Notes: generated by a model not told the origin, from the sequence alone. A stretch of 64,000 nt of DNA from Waterburya sp. (GCA_965217895.1 CBDCJV010000002.1:2720001-2784000), one strand, 5' to 3'. Shown: positions 20,900 through 32,487, numbered from the stretch's first letter. Program-made: numbers and translations.

Positions 20900-20972
20900 T
20901 ACCCCCAAGGGAATTTGAATCCCTGTCGCCTCCGTGAAAGGGAGGTGTCCTAGGCCACTAGACGATGGGGGC
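20900..20972 (-). tRNA. tRNA-Glu (TTC)
   Basis: GCCCCCATCGTCTAGTGGCCTAGGACACCTCCCTTTCACGGAGG..GGGGGTA. Confidence 0.95.
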
Positions 20973-21088
20973 TTAGGGCTGTTGCTTGCTTTTGCGCAGC
21001 GCAACTGGCAACGTTTCTAAATATATCGAATATTTTTATAGGTGTCAATGCTTTTTGAAAAAATAGTCATTCAAACCAAGAAAAATTA

Positions 21089-21646
21089 TTATTGTATACC
21101 CCGCTGCATTTGCCTGAGACGTTTTTGCGCTGCGGGATCGAGGGTATTGAATAAAAAACGACCAGAAGGCTTCTTCTTTGTCTGTTTTCTGGTTTTGCTT
21201 TTGATTTGATAGTCTGCTCGTTTTACTTCTTTTGCCAGCATAGGAGCGGACAGCCATTCTGCACCGTATCCTACTACCGTAAGCTGTTGGGCGCGATCGC
21301 TCGTGGCAACAATTAACCGAGTAGACTCTTGCTGATATTTTTTTCGGCCAAATGTGGCACAGAATTTTTCGATGTAGGTATCGGCGGTTTCGGCAAACGC
21401 TGTGTAATGGACTGATAAAGCAGCGGTATGATCTTCCACGCTGCGAGGGGTGTCTTGATAGTGAGCGTCGAAAACTACTTTAGTGCGGTAAGCAACCGCA
21501 GCAGTATAATTAATTAGGCATTCAACTAATTCATAACGGGCTGCTTCTAAACCGTGGCGATCGCGACTGTTTTTTAAGTCCGACCAGTCGCCAATGATAT
21601 TGTAACCATCGACGAGTAGTATCGCCTGGTATGAGTGAGGTAACAT
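21089..21646 (-). CDS. NYN domain ribonuclease (YacP/Rae1-like)
   Basis: LLVDGYNII, VVFDA, ETADTYIEK, VATSD. Confidence 0.88.
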   Translation of the reverse strand: MLPHSYQAILLVDGYNIIGDWSDLKNSRDRHGLEAARYELVECLINYTAAVAYRTKVVFDAHYQDTPRSVEDHTAALSVHYTAFAETADTYIEKFCATFGRKKYQQESTRLIVATSDRAQQLTVVGYGAEWLSAPMLAKEVKRADYQIKSKTRKQTKKKPSGRFLFNTLDPAAQKRLRQMQRGIQ

Positions 21647-21860
21647 TGTAGTAAATGGTTTTATAGGAGAGTAGGTGTTGATCTAAATCCTATTCTAAGC
21701 AAAATTGTTAACAAAAAGTTAAACAAGATGAATATCGTGGCTAACTCGAACTCTTGAGCAGTCAGTAACGATATTCATAGCTTTTAGCTATTAGCAATCA
21801 GCTTTATGAAGAAATCCACCTTAGTTAAAGGCAATTAGTGCAGAATTGGCATTAAGGGGT

Positions 21861-22559
21861 TTATGATCTTCCTGTTGCCAGTAATTTTTCCTTAAGTCTT
21901 TGAGGATCTCCTTTTGCCATCACTTTTCCTCTGTCTAGCAGAAAAGCTCCGTCACAATAGTCTAATTCTTCTAGGCGATGAGTTACCCACAAAGCAGTAA
22001 GATTGCGCTGCTTAACCAAATTTTTTACCTGAGCTACCAATTCTAGTTGCGTATCAGGGTCTAGTAAAGCTGTGGGTTCGTCAAACAAAATTGTCTCACA
22101 GTTACGGGCAACAGCACCAGCGATCGCAATTCTTTGTTTTTGTCCCCCACTCAGCGCGTGAATTGGTCGTCTTTCTAAATTCAATAGATTGACTGCATCT
22201 AAAGCTGCTCTAACTCTTTCTCTGACCTGAGCTATAGACAATTTCTCACTCACCAAACCAAAAGCAATATCTGCCCCAACCGTGGGCATAACTAGCTGAT
22301 GGTCTGGGTTCTGGAAAACAAATCCTGTCTTATAAGGCATGACAATAGAGCCAGCATCAGGAATTAACAATCCTGCTAATAGTCTTAATAAGGTGGATTT
22401 TCCGCTACCGTTGTTGCCCAGCAGCATCCAAAATTCTCCTTGAGGGACTTCTAGGGAGCAATCATTTAGTACTATAGCCTCTGGTGACCAGCGAAAACAT
22501 AAGTTGTTAACTTTAATAACTGATGATTTGTCTAACTTCTGCTCAGTGGAGTAGGTCAT
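21861..22559 (-). CDS. ECF-type ABC transporter ATP-binding protein (CbiO-like)
   Basis: GNNGSGKST, FVFQNPDHQL, LSGGQKQRIAIAG, DEPTALLD. Confidence 0.9.
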   Translation of the reverse strand: MTYSTEQKLDKSSVIKVNNLCFRWSPEAIVLNDCSLEVPQGEFWMLLGNNGSGKSTLLRLLAGLLIPDAGSIVMPYKTGFVFQNPDHQLVMPTVGADIAFGLVSEKLSIAQVRERVRAALDAVNLLNLERRPIHALSGGQKQRIAIAGAVARNCETILFDEPTALLDPDTQLELVAQVKNLVKQRNLTALWVTHRLEELDYCDGAFLLDRGKVMAKGDPQRLKEKLLATGRS

Positions 22560-22834
22560 TATTCGCTGACGGCAGTAGCAGCGAAGAAACCAGGCACTCG
22601 ACCTTCTGCCATGCCGCCAGACTTTTTATTTATGTTGACAGCGCAGATCATGTTACCTTTGACCGCCACTTTTTTATCCTCATCTTTATCACAGGTGAGT
22701 TCAACGAGGTCTGAACTACCAGAACGCATGACCTGAAGTATCTCTTGATAAAGACTGTCTGCTGCTTCAGACTCTTTGCGATGTACGGAAATAGGTAAAG
22801 GAATGTCTTGTAAAACAATATCAATAGTGAACAT
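22559..22834 (-). CDS. Conserved hypothetical protein
   Basis: 91-aa ORF whose stop overlaps the ABC ATPase start; PISVHRK..ELTCDK..PGFF. Confidence 0.7.
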   Translation of the reverse strand: MFTIDIVLQDIPLPISVHRKESEAADSLYQEILQVMRSGSSDLVELTCDKDEDKKVAVKGNMICAVNINKKSGGMAEGRVPGFFAATAVSE

Positions 22835-23101
22835 AGAGCTTTAAAAAAAGATTGCAACACTTAAATTATGGTCTAAATTCACGGAAATTCCCATCTTTAT
22901 TTGGTCTAATCTTTAGAAAAACTTTAACTTTTCTTTGGATTTGAGCTGGAAATTTTAGTTACTTTCTCTTATTATGTATAATATAAGTAAAGAAAAGTTA
23001 ACTTTTCTCACAATTGGCTTGATGTGTTTTCGTGTCAAGTCATAAAAAATTGTAATTATTCCAACGATCTTAATAAGTATAATTTCGGAGATCTAATCTA
23101 T

Positions 23102-24160
23102 ATGACAATAGCAGTAGGACGCGCGCCGTCACAACAGGGCATCTTTGATGCAGTTGATGACTGGCTAAAGCGCGATCGCTTTGTATTCGTAGGCTGGTCG
23201 GGGATTCTTCTATTCCCCTGTGCCTACATGGCAATCGGTGGCTGGCTAACCTGCACCACCTTCGTTACCAGTTGGTACACCCACGGTTTAGCTTCTTCAT
23301 ATCTAGAAGGATGCAACTTCCTAACCGTAGCAGCATCCACCCCCGCAGACAGCATGGGACATTCTCTATTGTTCCTTTGGGGGCCAGAAGCAGGCTGGAG
23401 CTTTACCCGCTGGTGTCAAATCGGTGGTTTGTGGGCATTTGTGGCACTGCATGGAGCATTTGCCCTAATCGGCTTTATGCTGCGTCAGTTTGAGATTTCG
23501 CGTTTAGTAGGGATTCGTCCTTACAATGCGATCGCCTTTTCTGCCCCCATCGCCGTATTTGTCTCCGTATTCTTGCTCTATCCTTTAGGACAGTCAAGCT
23601 GGTTCTTTGCACCTAGCTTAGGTGTAGCGGGAATCTTCCGTTTCATCCTGTTTGTTCAAGGATTCCACAACTTCACCCTCAATCCCTTCCACATGATGGG
23701 AGTAGCTGGTGTGTTAGGTGGGGCATTACTCTGTGCGATTCACGGAGCAACAGTCGAAAACACTCTGTTTGATGACGGTGGTGAAGCAAACACATTTAGA
23801 GCCTTTGAGCCGACCCAAGCAGAAGAAACCTATAGTATGGTAACAGCCAACCGCTTCTGGTCACAGATATTTGGAATTGCTTTTTCCAACAAACGTTGGC
23901 TGCACTTCTTTATGTTATTCGTACCCGTAACAGGACTATGGATGGCAAGTATCGGCATCATCGGTATTGCCTTGAACCTAAGAGCTTATGACTTCGTATC
24001 TCAAGAATTGAGAGCAGCAGAAGATCCTGAGTTTGAAACGTTCTACACTAAAAACATCTTGCTCAATGAAGGTCTAAGAGCATGGATGGCATCACAAGAC
24101 CAACCACATCAAAACTTTGAGTTTCCTGAAGAAGTATTGCCTCGTGGTAACGCGCTGTAA
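23102..24160 (+). CDS. psbD: Photosystem II D2 protein, monocistronic copy
   Basis: [29 protein letters not shown]; followed by a terminator, no overlapping psbC. Confidence 0.98.
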   Translation: MTIAVGRAPSQQGIFDAVDDWLKRDRFVFVGWSGILLFPCAYMAIGGWLTCTTFVTSWYTHGLASSYLEGCNFLTVAASTPADSMGHSLLFLWGPEAGWSFTRWCQIGGLWAFVALHGAFALIGFMLRQFEISRLVGIRPYNAIAFSAPIAVFVSVFLLYPLGQSSWFFAPSLGVAGIFRFILFVQGFHNFTLNPFHMMGVAGVLGGALLCAIHGATVENTLFDDGGEANTFRAFEPTQAEETYSMVTANRFWSQIFGIAFSNKRWLHFFMLFVPVTGLWMASIGIIGIALNLRAYDFVSQELRAAEDPEFETFYTKNILLNEGLRAWMASQDQPHQNFEFPEEVLPRGNAL

Positions 24161-24236
24161 GAAACGCCAGAAAATTTATGCAGGTGAGGACAATATTATT
24201 CTTACTTGTTAATGTGAACTATACTTGGTTCTAGAT

Positions 24237-24266
24237 AAACTCCTCGCTATTGAGGGGTTTATTTTA
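24237..24266 (+). terminator. Intrinsic terminator after psbD
   Basis: AAACTCCTC-GCTATT-GAGGGGTTT followed by a T-rich tail. Confidence 0.7.
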
Positions 24267-24455
24267 TTTGATTATAATAAGTCTGCTCTAACTCTATTTA
24301 TCCACTACGTTTTCAACAACTTATTTCTGATCAAAAGTAGCACACGACATATTATCTAGATTAAAACAGTGCGATCGCCAAATTAGCAAACAACCACAAG
24401 CTATTTAACGATAAAATACTTTAGCGGAATATATAAATCATCAAAAAGGGCTTCG

Positions 24456-26891
24456 ATGCGCGTCTCTCTAAACTGGTTAAAAGAATTAGTCGATATCAAT
24501 ATGTCCCCAGAAGAGTTAGGTAGAGTCCTAACCATAGCAGGGTTTGAATTAGAAGAATTAATCAATCTGCGCGCCAACGCTGATGGTGTGGTGGTGGGGA
24601 AAGTAATAGAGCGATCGCAACATCCCAATGCTGATAAACTAAGCGTCTGTAAAGTAGATATAGGTGCGGACGAACCTTTAGATATTGTTTGTGGTGCATC
24701 TAATGTCAAGGCCGATATATTTGTTCCTGTAGCTACGGTAGGAACTTTTCTACCCGCCATTAATTTAAAACTCAAGCCGACTAAACTGCGGGGTGAACCT
24801 TCAGAGGGAATGATTTGTTCTTTGACGGAGTTGGGTTTGGGAAAAGAGTCCGACGGGATATATATATTTGAAAAGAATAATATCAAGCCTGGGGATGATG
24901 TTCGTCCTTTATTGGGTTTAGATGATGTCATTCTGGATTTGGCGACTACGGCTAACCGCGCTGATGCTTTAAGTATGGTAGGTATTGCACGAGAAGTTGC
25001 GGCTTTGACTGGTGCAGAAGTGAGACTACCTGAAATAAAAGAACAGAATATTGCAGCCAACAACTCTTTAGCTATTGAGATTCAAGAACCAGCAGCCTGC
25101 ATGGCATATATCGGTACAGTAATCGAAGGGGTAAAAGTTGCCCCTTCTCCTGACTGGTTGAAGTGGCGACTAGAAGCAGCAGGAACACGCCCGATCAATA
25201 ACGTAGTAGATATTACTAACTATGTTTTATTGGAATGGGGACAACCTCTTCATGCTTTTGATCGCGAGAGACTTCAGCAGGTTGCAGGAAGTAATAATTT
25301 AACTATCGGCGTGCGTTTTGCTCAATCAGGTGAAAAATTAAAAACGCTAGATGAACAAGAGCGAAATTTAGCTACTCAGAATTTATTAATTACCGCTAAT
25401 GACAAGCCTGTAGCTTTAGGAGGAGTTATGGGGGGAGAATCAACAGAAGTTGACGACAATACGAGCAATATCGTCTTAGAGGCAGCCCTATTCGATCCTG
25501 TGGCTATCCGTCGTTCATCCCGCGCCCAAAGTCTCCGCAGTGAAGCCTCTACCCGTTATGAAAGGGGCGTAAACCAAGTAGAATTAGAATTTGCCTGTAA
25601 AAGAGCGATCGCACTATTACAAAAATTAGCTAGCGGTACTCTTGTTACTCAAGCTATGTCCGATTATCGCCTCGATTTTTCTAGCCTTGATGCCATTAAA
25701 TTACGTCTGAGTAGAATTAATCAGATTTTAGGTACGGTAAACAATGAAGACGGCATTGGTTACATCAAGGCTGCTGATGTCGAATCAATTTTGGGTGCAT
25801 TAGGCTGTGATTTAGAGCCAGTCGCCGAGGAAGAGAATACCTGGATGGTGAAAGTTCCTCCCTATCGTTATCGCGATTTAGAGCGAGAAATTGACCTAAT
25901 TGAAGAAGTTGCCCGTCTTTATGGTTACGATCGCTTTTGTGATACTCTTCCTAATAAAACCGAACCTGGTTATCTTTCAACGGAATATGCAGTCAAAAAT
26001 AAACTTCGCGCTATTTTACGAGGTGTTGGCTTAACAGAAGTAGTGCAGTATTCTCTAGTAAAACCTACAGGTAAAGAAGTTACCTTGGCTAATCCTCTAT
26101 TTGCCGAATATTCGGCATTACGTGGTGATTTATTCTCTGGTTTATTGGATGCTTTTGTTTATAACCAGTCTCAGGGTAATGGCGCACTCAATGCTTTTGA
26201 AATCGAACGAGTATTTTGGCAAGCAGAAGATCGCTTACAAGAAAAAGATTCCGTTGCGGGAATTATGGGCGGTAATATTACCTCTCAGGGTATGTGGGTT
26301 GATGGTGGCAAAGGTACACCCATAACTTGGTATCAGGCGAAAGGAGTTTTAGAAAACGTCTTTAGTAATTTGGGAGTTAGCGTTGAATATCGCCAAGAAA
26401 GTGAAGAAGAAAGACTACATCCAGGGCGTACTGCTGCTTTATGGATACAAGGCAAGCGTTTAGGTGTCTTTGGACAAATTCACCCTCAACTGGCACAGGA
26501 GCGAGATTTAGCTAACGAAGTATATCTCTTTGAACTGGATTTTAGCATCTTGCTGACGGCCTTAAATCGAGATGCCATCACCACACCCAAATTTAAAACC
26601 TATTCTACCTATCCAGGTTCAGCTAGAGACTTGGCTTTCTTTGCCCCACTAGATTTATCTGTAGCAACTCTTGAGAAGGCAATAAGCAAAGCTGCTGGTA
26701 AATTACTCCAAAAAGTAGAGGTGTTTGATGAATATAAAGGTAAAAACGTCCCCGAGGGACAGCGCAGTTTAGCTTTCAACTTAGTTTATCAAGCAGGCGA
26801 TCGCACTTTAACTGACAAAGATGTCGATCCTGTTCATCAAAAAGTCCGCGACATTTTAGTTAAGAAGTTTAATGTGACTTTGCGAAGTTAA
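24456..26891 (+). CDS. pheT: Phenylalanine-tRNA ligase beta subunit
   Basis: [49 protein letters not shown]-terminal RSLAF. Confidence 0.97.
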   Translation: MRVSLNWLKELVDINMSPEELGRVLTIAGFELEELINLRANADGVVVGKVIERSQHPNADKLSVCKVDIGADEPLDIVCGASNVKADIFVPVATVGTFLPAINLKLKPTKLRGEPSEGMICSLTELGLGKESDGIYIFEKNNIKPGDDVRPLLGLDDVILDLATTANRADALSMVGIAREVAALTGAEVRLPEIKEQNIAANNSLAIEIQEPAACMAYIGTVIEGVKVAPSPDWLKWRLEAAGTRPINNVVDITNYVLLEWGQPLHAFDRERLQQVAGSNNLTIGVRFAQSGEKLKTLDEQERNLATQNLLITANDKPVALGGVMGGESTEVDDNTSNIVLEAALFDPVAIRRSSRAQSLRSEASTRYERGVNQVELEFACKRAIALLQKLASGTLVTQAMSDYRLDFSSLDAIKLRLSRINQILGTVNNEDGIGYIKAADVESILGALGCDLEPVAEEENTWMVKVPPYRYRDLEREIDLIEEVARLYGYDRFCDTLPNKTEPGYLSTEYAVKNKLRAILRGVGLTEVVQYSLVKPTGKEVTLANPLFAEYSALRGDLFSGLLDAFVYNQSQGNGALNAFEIERVFWQAEDRLQEKDSVAGIMGGNITSQGMWVDGGKGTPITWYQAKGVLENVFSNLGVSVEYRQESEEERLHPGRTAALWIQGKRLGVFGQIHPQLAQERDLANEVYLFELDFSILLTALNRDAITTPKFKTYSTYPGSARDLAFFAPLDLSVATLEKAISKAAGKLLQKVEVFDEYKGKNVPEGQRSLAFNLVYQAGDRTLTDKDVDPVHQKVRDILVKKFNVTLRS

Positions 26892-26949
26892 TTTTGCGTT
26901 TTCTCATAGCTTCTTAAGGCTAAAAGCTAATTCACATCAGGCGTATAAT

Positions 26950-27290
26950 ATATCGTAGTACATTGACTAGTTAGAACAGAAAAATGAACTGCTCGTAAAT
27001 AACAGGTAACAAGTAACAAGTAATACTAAATCCTGTTCGTATAGGTGAGTTATTGATTTGAGAGGTCAGAGGTCAGAGGTCAGGAAGTTGATAATTAGCT
27101 TTGTCAATCAGATTTAGTATAATATCAAGTTCGGATAATTGCTTTAATACAATATGTATCCATGAAATGATTAAAACTGGGTCTAAAAAACTTGCTATCT
27201 GCACACGCTCCAGAACGCGCTACTTGCTACTTTACCTACCTAAATTTAACTCTTCATCCGAACCTAATATAACAAGTACGTATTGCTTAT
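26950..27290. repeat. Intergenic region with several heptamer tandem arrays (GTAACAA, GAGGTCA, CTTGCTA-like)
   Basis: GTAACAGGTAACAAGTAACAAG and GAGGTCAGAGGTCAGAGGTCA; probably degenerate MITE remnants. Confidence 0.5.
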
Positions 27291-27294
27291 TTAC

Positions 27295-27516
27295 TCAAAC
27301 AGTTTGTAACATTCCTTGGAAAGTATTAACTTCTGGCAAAGCTATACCTTCTTCAATAGAAGAAGCAATCATTAATTGCAAGACCTCTTTACCATTACTC
27401 AGTGCTTCTTCGTAAGTATCTCCGTAAGTTTGACATTGTTCTCCCCACTCTGGAAAAGTAACCACGAAACAACTATCTTTTTTAGACCACTGAATAACTA
27501 TGCTGTAATTTAACAT
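27295..27516 (-). CDS. HicB-family antitoxin (short form)
   Basis: YSIVIQWS..FVVTFPEW..TYGDTYEEALSNGKEVL..LP. Confidence 0.85.
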   Translation of the reverse strand: MLNYSIVIQWSKKDSCFVVTFPEWGEQCQTYGDTYEEALSNGKEVLQLMIASSIEEGIALPEVNTFQGMLQTV

Positions 27517-27545
27517 TTTGATTCTGCCCCTCAATATTTTAGAAA

Positions 27546-27660
27546 GTCATAGATTATCTCAATCCCCCTTGATGGCTTGCTCTCGGATGGGGAGACTCCG
27601 CCACGCTCATAAATGCCTTTTCGGGCGGTCAACGCGGACTCCTAAAATGTTTATTCAATC
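27546..27660. ncRNA. Candidate structured RNA / mini-element, copy B
   Basis: Shares TTTAGGAGTCCRC, GGCATTTATGAGCGTGG and TAATCTRTGAC with 9338-9473, in the opposite orientation. Confidence 0.45.
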
Positions 27661-27717
27661 ATAAATAAAGATTTTGAGAACGTCATGTTTTAAAAAACCA
27701 GAAAAGTAAAATAAATC

Positions 27718-27747
27718 TAGGTGGGCAAACATCTCTGTCCACCCTAC
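27718..27747. repeat. GTAG-type REP-like palindrome
   Basis: TAGGTGGGCAAACATCTCTGTCCACCCTAC. Confidence 0.55.
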
Positions 27748-27780
27748 AAAGCGATCGCACTAAATCTCCAAGATCAAAGT

Positions 27781-30700
27781 TTAAACAGAAACTATAGTTG
27801 CCAAAAACCCAGCCAAAGCAGAAGCGACAGCAGAAGTGAAGGAAATAGCCAAGATCCAGTAAGCAGCAGTGGCGATCGCTTTTTTGGCTGCCTCTACTTG
27901 TTGTAAGGTTTGTTGTTTAAGAGTTTGAGTCTTTTCGTCAACCGTCATTTTAACGGTTTCAATTTGCTGGGCGACATAATCTTGTATTCCTTGAATTTGC
28001 TGCAAGGTTGAGTCGTGAAATAGCTCGTTAGCGTCAGTAATTGTTGATAGAGTTTCGCGACTTAATTGTTCTAGGCGATCGCCTAATTCTTCTAGAGGTA
28101 TTTCTGCTATCGTTTCTTGCCACGAATCACTCAAAGATTGAAAGTCAAAATTAGCCAGGCTATCTTTAATCCGTTCGTAATCGAGATGAAATAAATTGAG
28201 TGAACTGAGATATTCGCCGAGGCGATCTCGTAGATCTTCAGTAAGTTCGTTAGTTTGCTTTTGCTTGGTTCTAATCTCTGCCGATAGTTGCTGAGTAATG
28301 TCTGCAAAGCGATCGCTAATTTTTTCTATTTCAACGGCAGTAAGATCCTGTCGTTCAGAAAGGGCTTTGTTCACACTTACTAGAGTTGATTCTAACAGAT
28401 GATCGTCACTAGAGGCAGCAGAATCAGGTTCTGAATCGAACTGTGTTTTTGAGCGATTGAAAATACTTTTAAGCTCTTGTTCGAGGTGTTCTGAAGTGAA
28501 TTCGATTTTATTACCGTGGCGGGCAAAATCTGCCAGTTCATCAACTGCATTTTTAGCTTGCCGAGTAGTGCGAGTTGCCCAGCGTCTTGGAGTTTTAATC
28601 AGCTTACGAGTTGCTTCTCGTGCCTGTTTAATTGTCGTTTGGATTTTTGTTTCGCTATATTTTTGAGCTTGTTTGAGCTTTGCCTCAATCTCTTGCCAGT
28701 TTAATTGAGCCAGTTGCTGATCTACTAAAGTCTTTGTTTGTTCGCGATCGAGATTTAATTGTGGCAGTAAATCTGCTTCAATTTCTGCCAGATTTGAGTT
28801 TTGTTCAATTGCCTGATATAAGTAATCGACTAAGTTTTCACTCAATTCTCTAGATTTTGTTTGTAGCTGCCAACTTTCGGGAATTATAGAGTCGTTTGAT
28901 TTTTGCCATTTGGTTTCTATTTGAGTAACGACAGTCTCAACCAGATCTCCATCTATTCCTTTCCGTTTCTCTAATATCTTTGTCAATTCAGAGCGATCTA
29001 TATTTAACAACTGCTGCTGCGCTGATGGTGGAAGATCGTCGGCTGCTGATTGCCAGAGTTGGTCTAACTTGGCATCAATCTTGGCTGGGGTTAAATGGTC
29101 TAAATTAGTGTAACGCAGATATGATTCTAGTTTATGCTGTAACTCCTTAGCAGTTGAGGCAATTTGAACCTGCCAATCTTTTACTCGATCGAGTAAGCGA
29201 TCGCCTATCATAGTCAACTGTTCTGTAGTTTGCTTGAGCTTCGTTGGCTCTAAATCTTGTCTTTGCTGTAACCAGGTGTGCCAATCTAGCTGCTGCCAAT
29301 CATCTAAAAACTGAGTTAATACCCCTGTAGTTACCGCCGATTTAATTAGTAGCTGTTCGAGCTTGGATGATAAATTAGTCTCTTGCAGTTCAGTTAGTTC
29401 TGCTTGTTGTAAGTAGTTTTTAAGAAGTTCGCTTAATTGTTGCTTTTGTTCTGATAATTCTGCTTGCTCGATTAAAGACAAAACCTCTTGCTTCACTATT
29501 TCTAGGTGTTCGACAATTTTATCAATCCTGGCTGCATCTAAGTCATCTCTTTGCTGGAGGATTTCGACCAAATCTTGTGGCTGAACCTGTTTTAATTGAG
29601 AGCGAACCTGTGCTGGATCTGCTTGAGGATCGTAAATTATCTCTTTAAATTCTTGCCAACCCTGTTCACAATTCAAATACCAGGGTGGCGCGTGCCACAA
29701 AAAATCTTCTACATCGTTTCTAATAATATTAAAAGACTGTGACCCTGATTCTGATGAATTAATTTTCTGGTACAGAGATTGGAGGCTATGCCAAACATCT
29801 TCCAACTCTACTTCTGAAAGATCGACTCTGTTGAGTAGTGCATTTTTAATTGCTCTCCAGTCTAGGTTATTCCAGCTTTCAATGATCGAACTAGAATTAT
29901 CGTCTATGGCGACTTCATCTACTTCAAGCGATCGCTGGTCTGAATCAACTGAATTATCCTGATCTTCTTTGCCTACTATCTGTTCCAAGCGTTTAGCTAG
30001 CTGCTCAAACTGTAGCTCTTCAGGATTGACCGACTGAAGAAATTGCAGTAATTTCCCATTTAAATCCTGCTTTTCATCCCTAGCTACGGCTTGTTGCCAA
30101 ACCCTATCTAATCGATCGACAATTTGCTCAACTACTGACGTGGGAAGATTTGTACGTTCATTAATTAAAGCGATAAAAGTTTGCCGATCTATTTTTTGTA
30201 ATAGGTTGGCATCGGCAAAAGATTCTAGGTTCAATTTGCTGAGTAAATCGCTAAATCCCCGATCGATTGCGGTCAAGTCTAGCTGAGGCGACGGTGTTGT
30301 CTTGAGATAATCATCAATGCTCTGTTGGAGGTCAAATTCACCTAAAGCAGCCTTTAATTCTTGATGGATTAGGTCTGATGCTGCTGCTTCAGTCAAAAAT
30401 TCTGAAGTTGCTAATTCTGTTCCTTGAATCGCCAGGGCGATCGCTTTAATTAATTGACGCAACTTTGTCCCTACCGAACCGAATATCCAACCCGTAACCG
30501 AACCTACTGCACTGTAGCTCGCCCAAATTAAAACCAGGAAGTAAATTGACCAAATAACAATCCCTAAAGTTGCTCCCGAAATAGGATCTCTAGCGGTACT
30601 AAACCTGACAGCTAAAAAACAAGCAATAAATAAGACTGAGTTGAGGGTAAGTAAAATTCCTAATCCTGCGAAGAAACTAATATTAACGTTGATTCCAGCA

Positions 30701-30837
30701 CTTTCGGGTCGAGATTCAGCGACTTTTGATGAGGCTTGGGGTCGATATTTAAGCAGCGAGATACCTAATGCCAATCCCAAGTTAGTCAGCAGAAATTGAA
30801 CGGCAAAAGCAGTCAGTAATCCTACTATCACTGCCAC
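27781..30837 (-). CDS. Large membrane-anchored alpha-helical repeat protein (N- and C-terminal TM helices)
   Basis: AFAVQFLLTNLGLALGIS TM block; repeated L.QR.DL motifs; TM C-terminus; start uncertain (no in-frame ATG). Confidence 0.75.
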   Translation of the reverse strand: MAVIVGLLTAFAVQFLLTNLGLALGISLLKYRPQASSKVAESRPESAGINVNISFFAGLGILLTLNSVLFIACFLAVRFSTARDPISGATLGIVIWSIYFLVLIWASYSAVGSVTGWIFGSVGTKLRQLIKAIALAIQGTELATSEFLTEAAASDLIHQELKAALGEFDLQQSIDDYLKTTPSPQLDLTAIDRGFSDLLSKLNLESFADANLLQKIDRQTFIALINERTNLPTSVVEQIVDRLDRVWQQAVARDEKQDLNGKLLQFLQSVNPEELQFEQLAKRLEQIVGKEDQDNSVDSDQRSLEVDEVAIDDNSSSIIESWNNLDWRAIKNALLNRVDLSEVELEDVWHSLQSLYQKINSSESGSQSFNIIRNDVEDFLWHAPPWYLNCEQGWQEFKEIIYDPQADPAQVRSQLKQVQPQDLVEILQQRDDLDAARIDKIVEHLEIVKQEVLSLIEQAELSEQKQQLSELLKNYLQQAELTELQETNLSSKLEQLLIKSAVTTGVLTQFLDDWQQLDWHTWLQQRQDLEPTKLKQTTEQLTMIGDRLLDRVKDWQVQIASTAKELQHKLESYLRYTNLDHLTPAKIDAKLDQLWQSAADDLPPSAQQQLLNIDRSELTKILEKRKGIDGDLVETVVTQIETKWQKSNDSIIPESWQLQTKSRELSENLVDYLYQAIEQNSNLAEIEADLLPQLNLDREQTKTLVDQQLAQLNWQEIEAKLKQAQKYSETKIQTTIKQAREATRKLIKTPRRWATRTTRQAKNAVDELADFARHGNKIEFTSEHLEQELKSIFNRSKTQFDSEPDSAASSDDHLLESTLVSVNKALSERQDLTAVEIEKISDRFADITQQLSAEIRTKQKQTNELTEDLRDRLGEYLSSLNLFHLDYERIKDSLANFDFQSLSDSWQETIAEIPLEELGDRLEQLSRETLSTITDANELFHDSTLQQIQGIQDYVAQQIETVKMTVDEKTQTLKQQTLQQVEAAKKAIATAAYWILAISFTSAVASALAGFLATIVSV

Positions 30838-31181
30838 TATAATCTGAGTCCCGACTGAAGCAGGATTAGCAACGACTAGTCCCTTAGCGATCGCAGCTTG
30901 ATAAAGATTGTAAACAATAGTCAGTTTGGTAAAAATCGTAATTTAAGAACAGATAATGAGAGTTATGAATCAATCATATCGTACTGATTTAACTGAATGT
31001 TATGCACTCATTTTTAACTATCTAATATACCTTCAATGTTTGCAGCGATCGCTTTTACTGTAGATTTAATAGTTTTACTAAATAAGATTACCTAATTAAA
31101 TCTTATTTAGCTTGATTCTACCTTTTGCCTTAACACTTTTAACTATCACTATATTTTCAATCATTTGCAAGTATCAAAAAA

Positions 31182-31213
31182 GACGAGGACTAGAATAGGT
31201 TCTAATCCTCGTC
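31182..31213 (-). terminator. Intrinsic terminator hairpin
   Basis: GACGAGGA..TCCTCGTC with an A-run on the left (U-tail on minus). Confidence 0.6.
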
Positions 31214-31236
31214 ATCTATAATTCATTGCTTTAAAT

Positions 31237-31602
31237 TTAATGATTGCTATCAAACTGGCAGGTCAAAGGACAAGACGCATAAACAGGCAGATTAACTAAA
31301 TCTTTTTGTCCGTGTAGCCAACTTAACCAGCTTACTTCTTCAGGATGAATTCCTTTGAAAGAAAGAACTGCGGCACTAACTAAAACTACGGCAACATTTA
31401 AGCTAAAAATACCAGCAGTAACGACCAAAACCGCACTGGCAGGGATAACAGTTTGCAAAATAATGGTAGCCAAAATGCCAATCGTAACGATCAAAGCTCC
31501 TACAGGAAATCCAACTACTAACAGGCATACTGTTAAGGTAAAGCTCCAAATCAAGAAGCTCTTTACTAAACCAAAATAACTATTCTTTCGTACTAATTCC
31601 AT
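31237..31602 (-). CDS. Conserved cyanobacterial membrane protein
   Basis: Hydrophobic helices; GIHPEEVSWLSWLHG, YASCPLTC; start set at MELVRK. Confidence 0.7.
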   Translation of the reverse strand: MELVRKNSYFGLVKSFLIWSFTLTVCLLVVGFPVGALIVTIGILATIILQTVIPASAVLVVTAGIFSLNVAVVLVSAAVLSFKGIHPEEVSWLSWLHGQKDLVNLPVYASCPLTCQFDSNH

Positions 31603-32250
31603 TTTTTTAAGGCTAAACAACAACAACTTATGGCGATAATAATGAGCTACTGCTAGCTCTCTTTACTCGTTAACAATAAGTATAAGAAGCTTTGATCGAT
31701 AAAATTCATTTTTAAAATATAATTTTACAATTTGCCTAAACACAAAATGTAGCTTAAGTATAGATTTTTAGTACTGCTGACTATTGATCCCTAGTTATTT
31801 GTTGACTTTAACAACTAATATTGCAGCTAATCTTATAGATATAAAAGGCATTTTTATGTTTTCTAACATATACAAATTGTAGGTAGAATAGTAAGAATAA
31901 GTATTTATACTTATAGTTTTTAAAAGCTTGATTTGGCTAAATATATCTTAATTACTAAAACTAACAATAAAGAAAATTAAAGCTAATTAACAATAAATAT
32001 GTTCCAATAGACTAAATTTTATAAACATATAAAACTGAACTTAAGCAAAGCTAGACTTTCGAGCGATCGCTCTATCAAAAAGCACCTTGGAAGTACAAAA
32101 AGCTCAAAACCTATACACTAATATCTTTTTAAGCTATTTGTGTTAGGCAGTCAGGTTTAAATGTTTTAATTAGGACAGCTAATTAATTGTTCAAAAATAC
32201 TTCTTGATTTACTTTGGCAGATACCTTTAAAGCAGACTCAATATTGGTTA

Positions 32251-32487
32251 TTAGTTAATACCGTCAGTAACTAGCAAACCTCGCGCAAAAATTTCTAATT
32301 GCTCCATTACGGCCATATCTACGTCTTTATTATCATTATTGCTTTTTACTACCTGAGTGTCTTTGGCACGTCGAGAGACAACCCAATTGGCTTGAGAAGT
32401 TTTAATGGATGCTCGTGCTACCGATCCACCTAAGCTAAAGATATTAACTAAGAACGTAGCTAAAACGACTTTACCTAAAGAGTTCAT
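32251..32487 (-). CDS. Hypothetical exported protein
   Basis: 78-aa ORF with a signal-peptide-like N-terminus. Confidence 0.45.
   Translation of the reverse strand: MNSLGKVVLATFLVNIFSLGGSVARASIKTSQANWVVSRRAKDTQVVKSNNDNKDVDMAVMEQLEIFARGLLVTDGIN

Noticed and set aside
20801..21004. 67-aa ORF
   Set aside because: Overlaps tRNA-Glu on the same strand
23024..23101. 26-aa N-terminal extension of D2
   Set aside because: Upstream GTG artefact; canonical MTIAVG start with a GGAG RBS
24401..25063. 220-aa antisense ORF
   Set aside because: Shadow of pheT; other short antisense or overlapping ORFs inside real genes are rejected likewise
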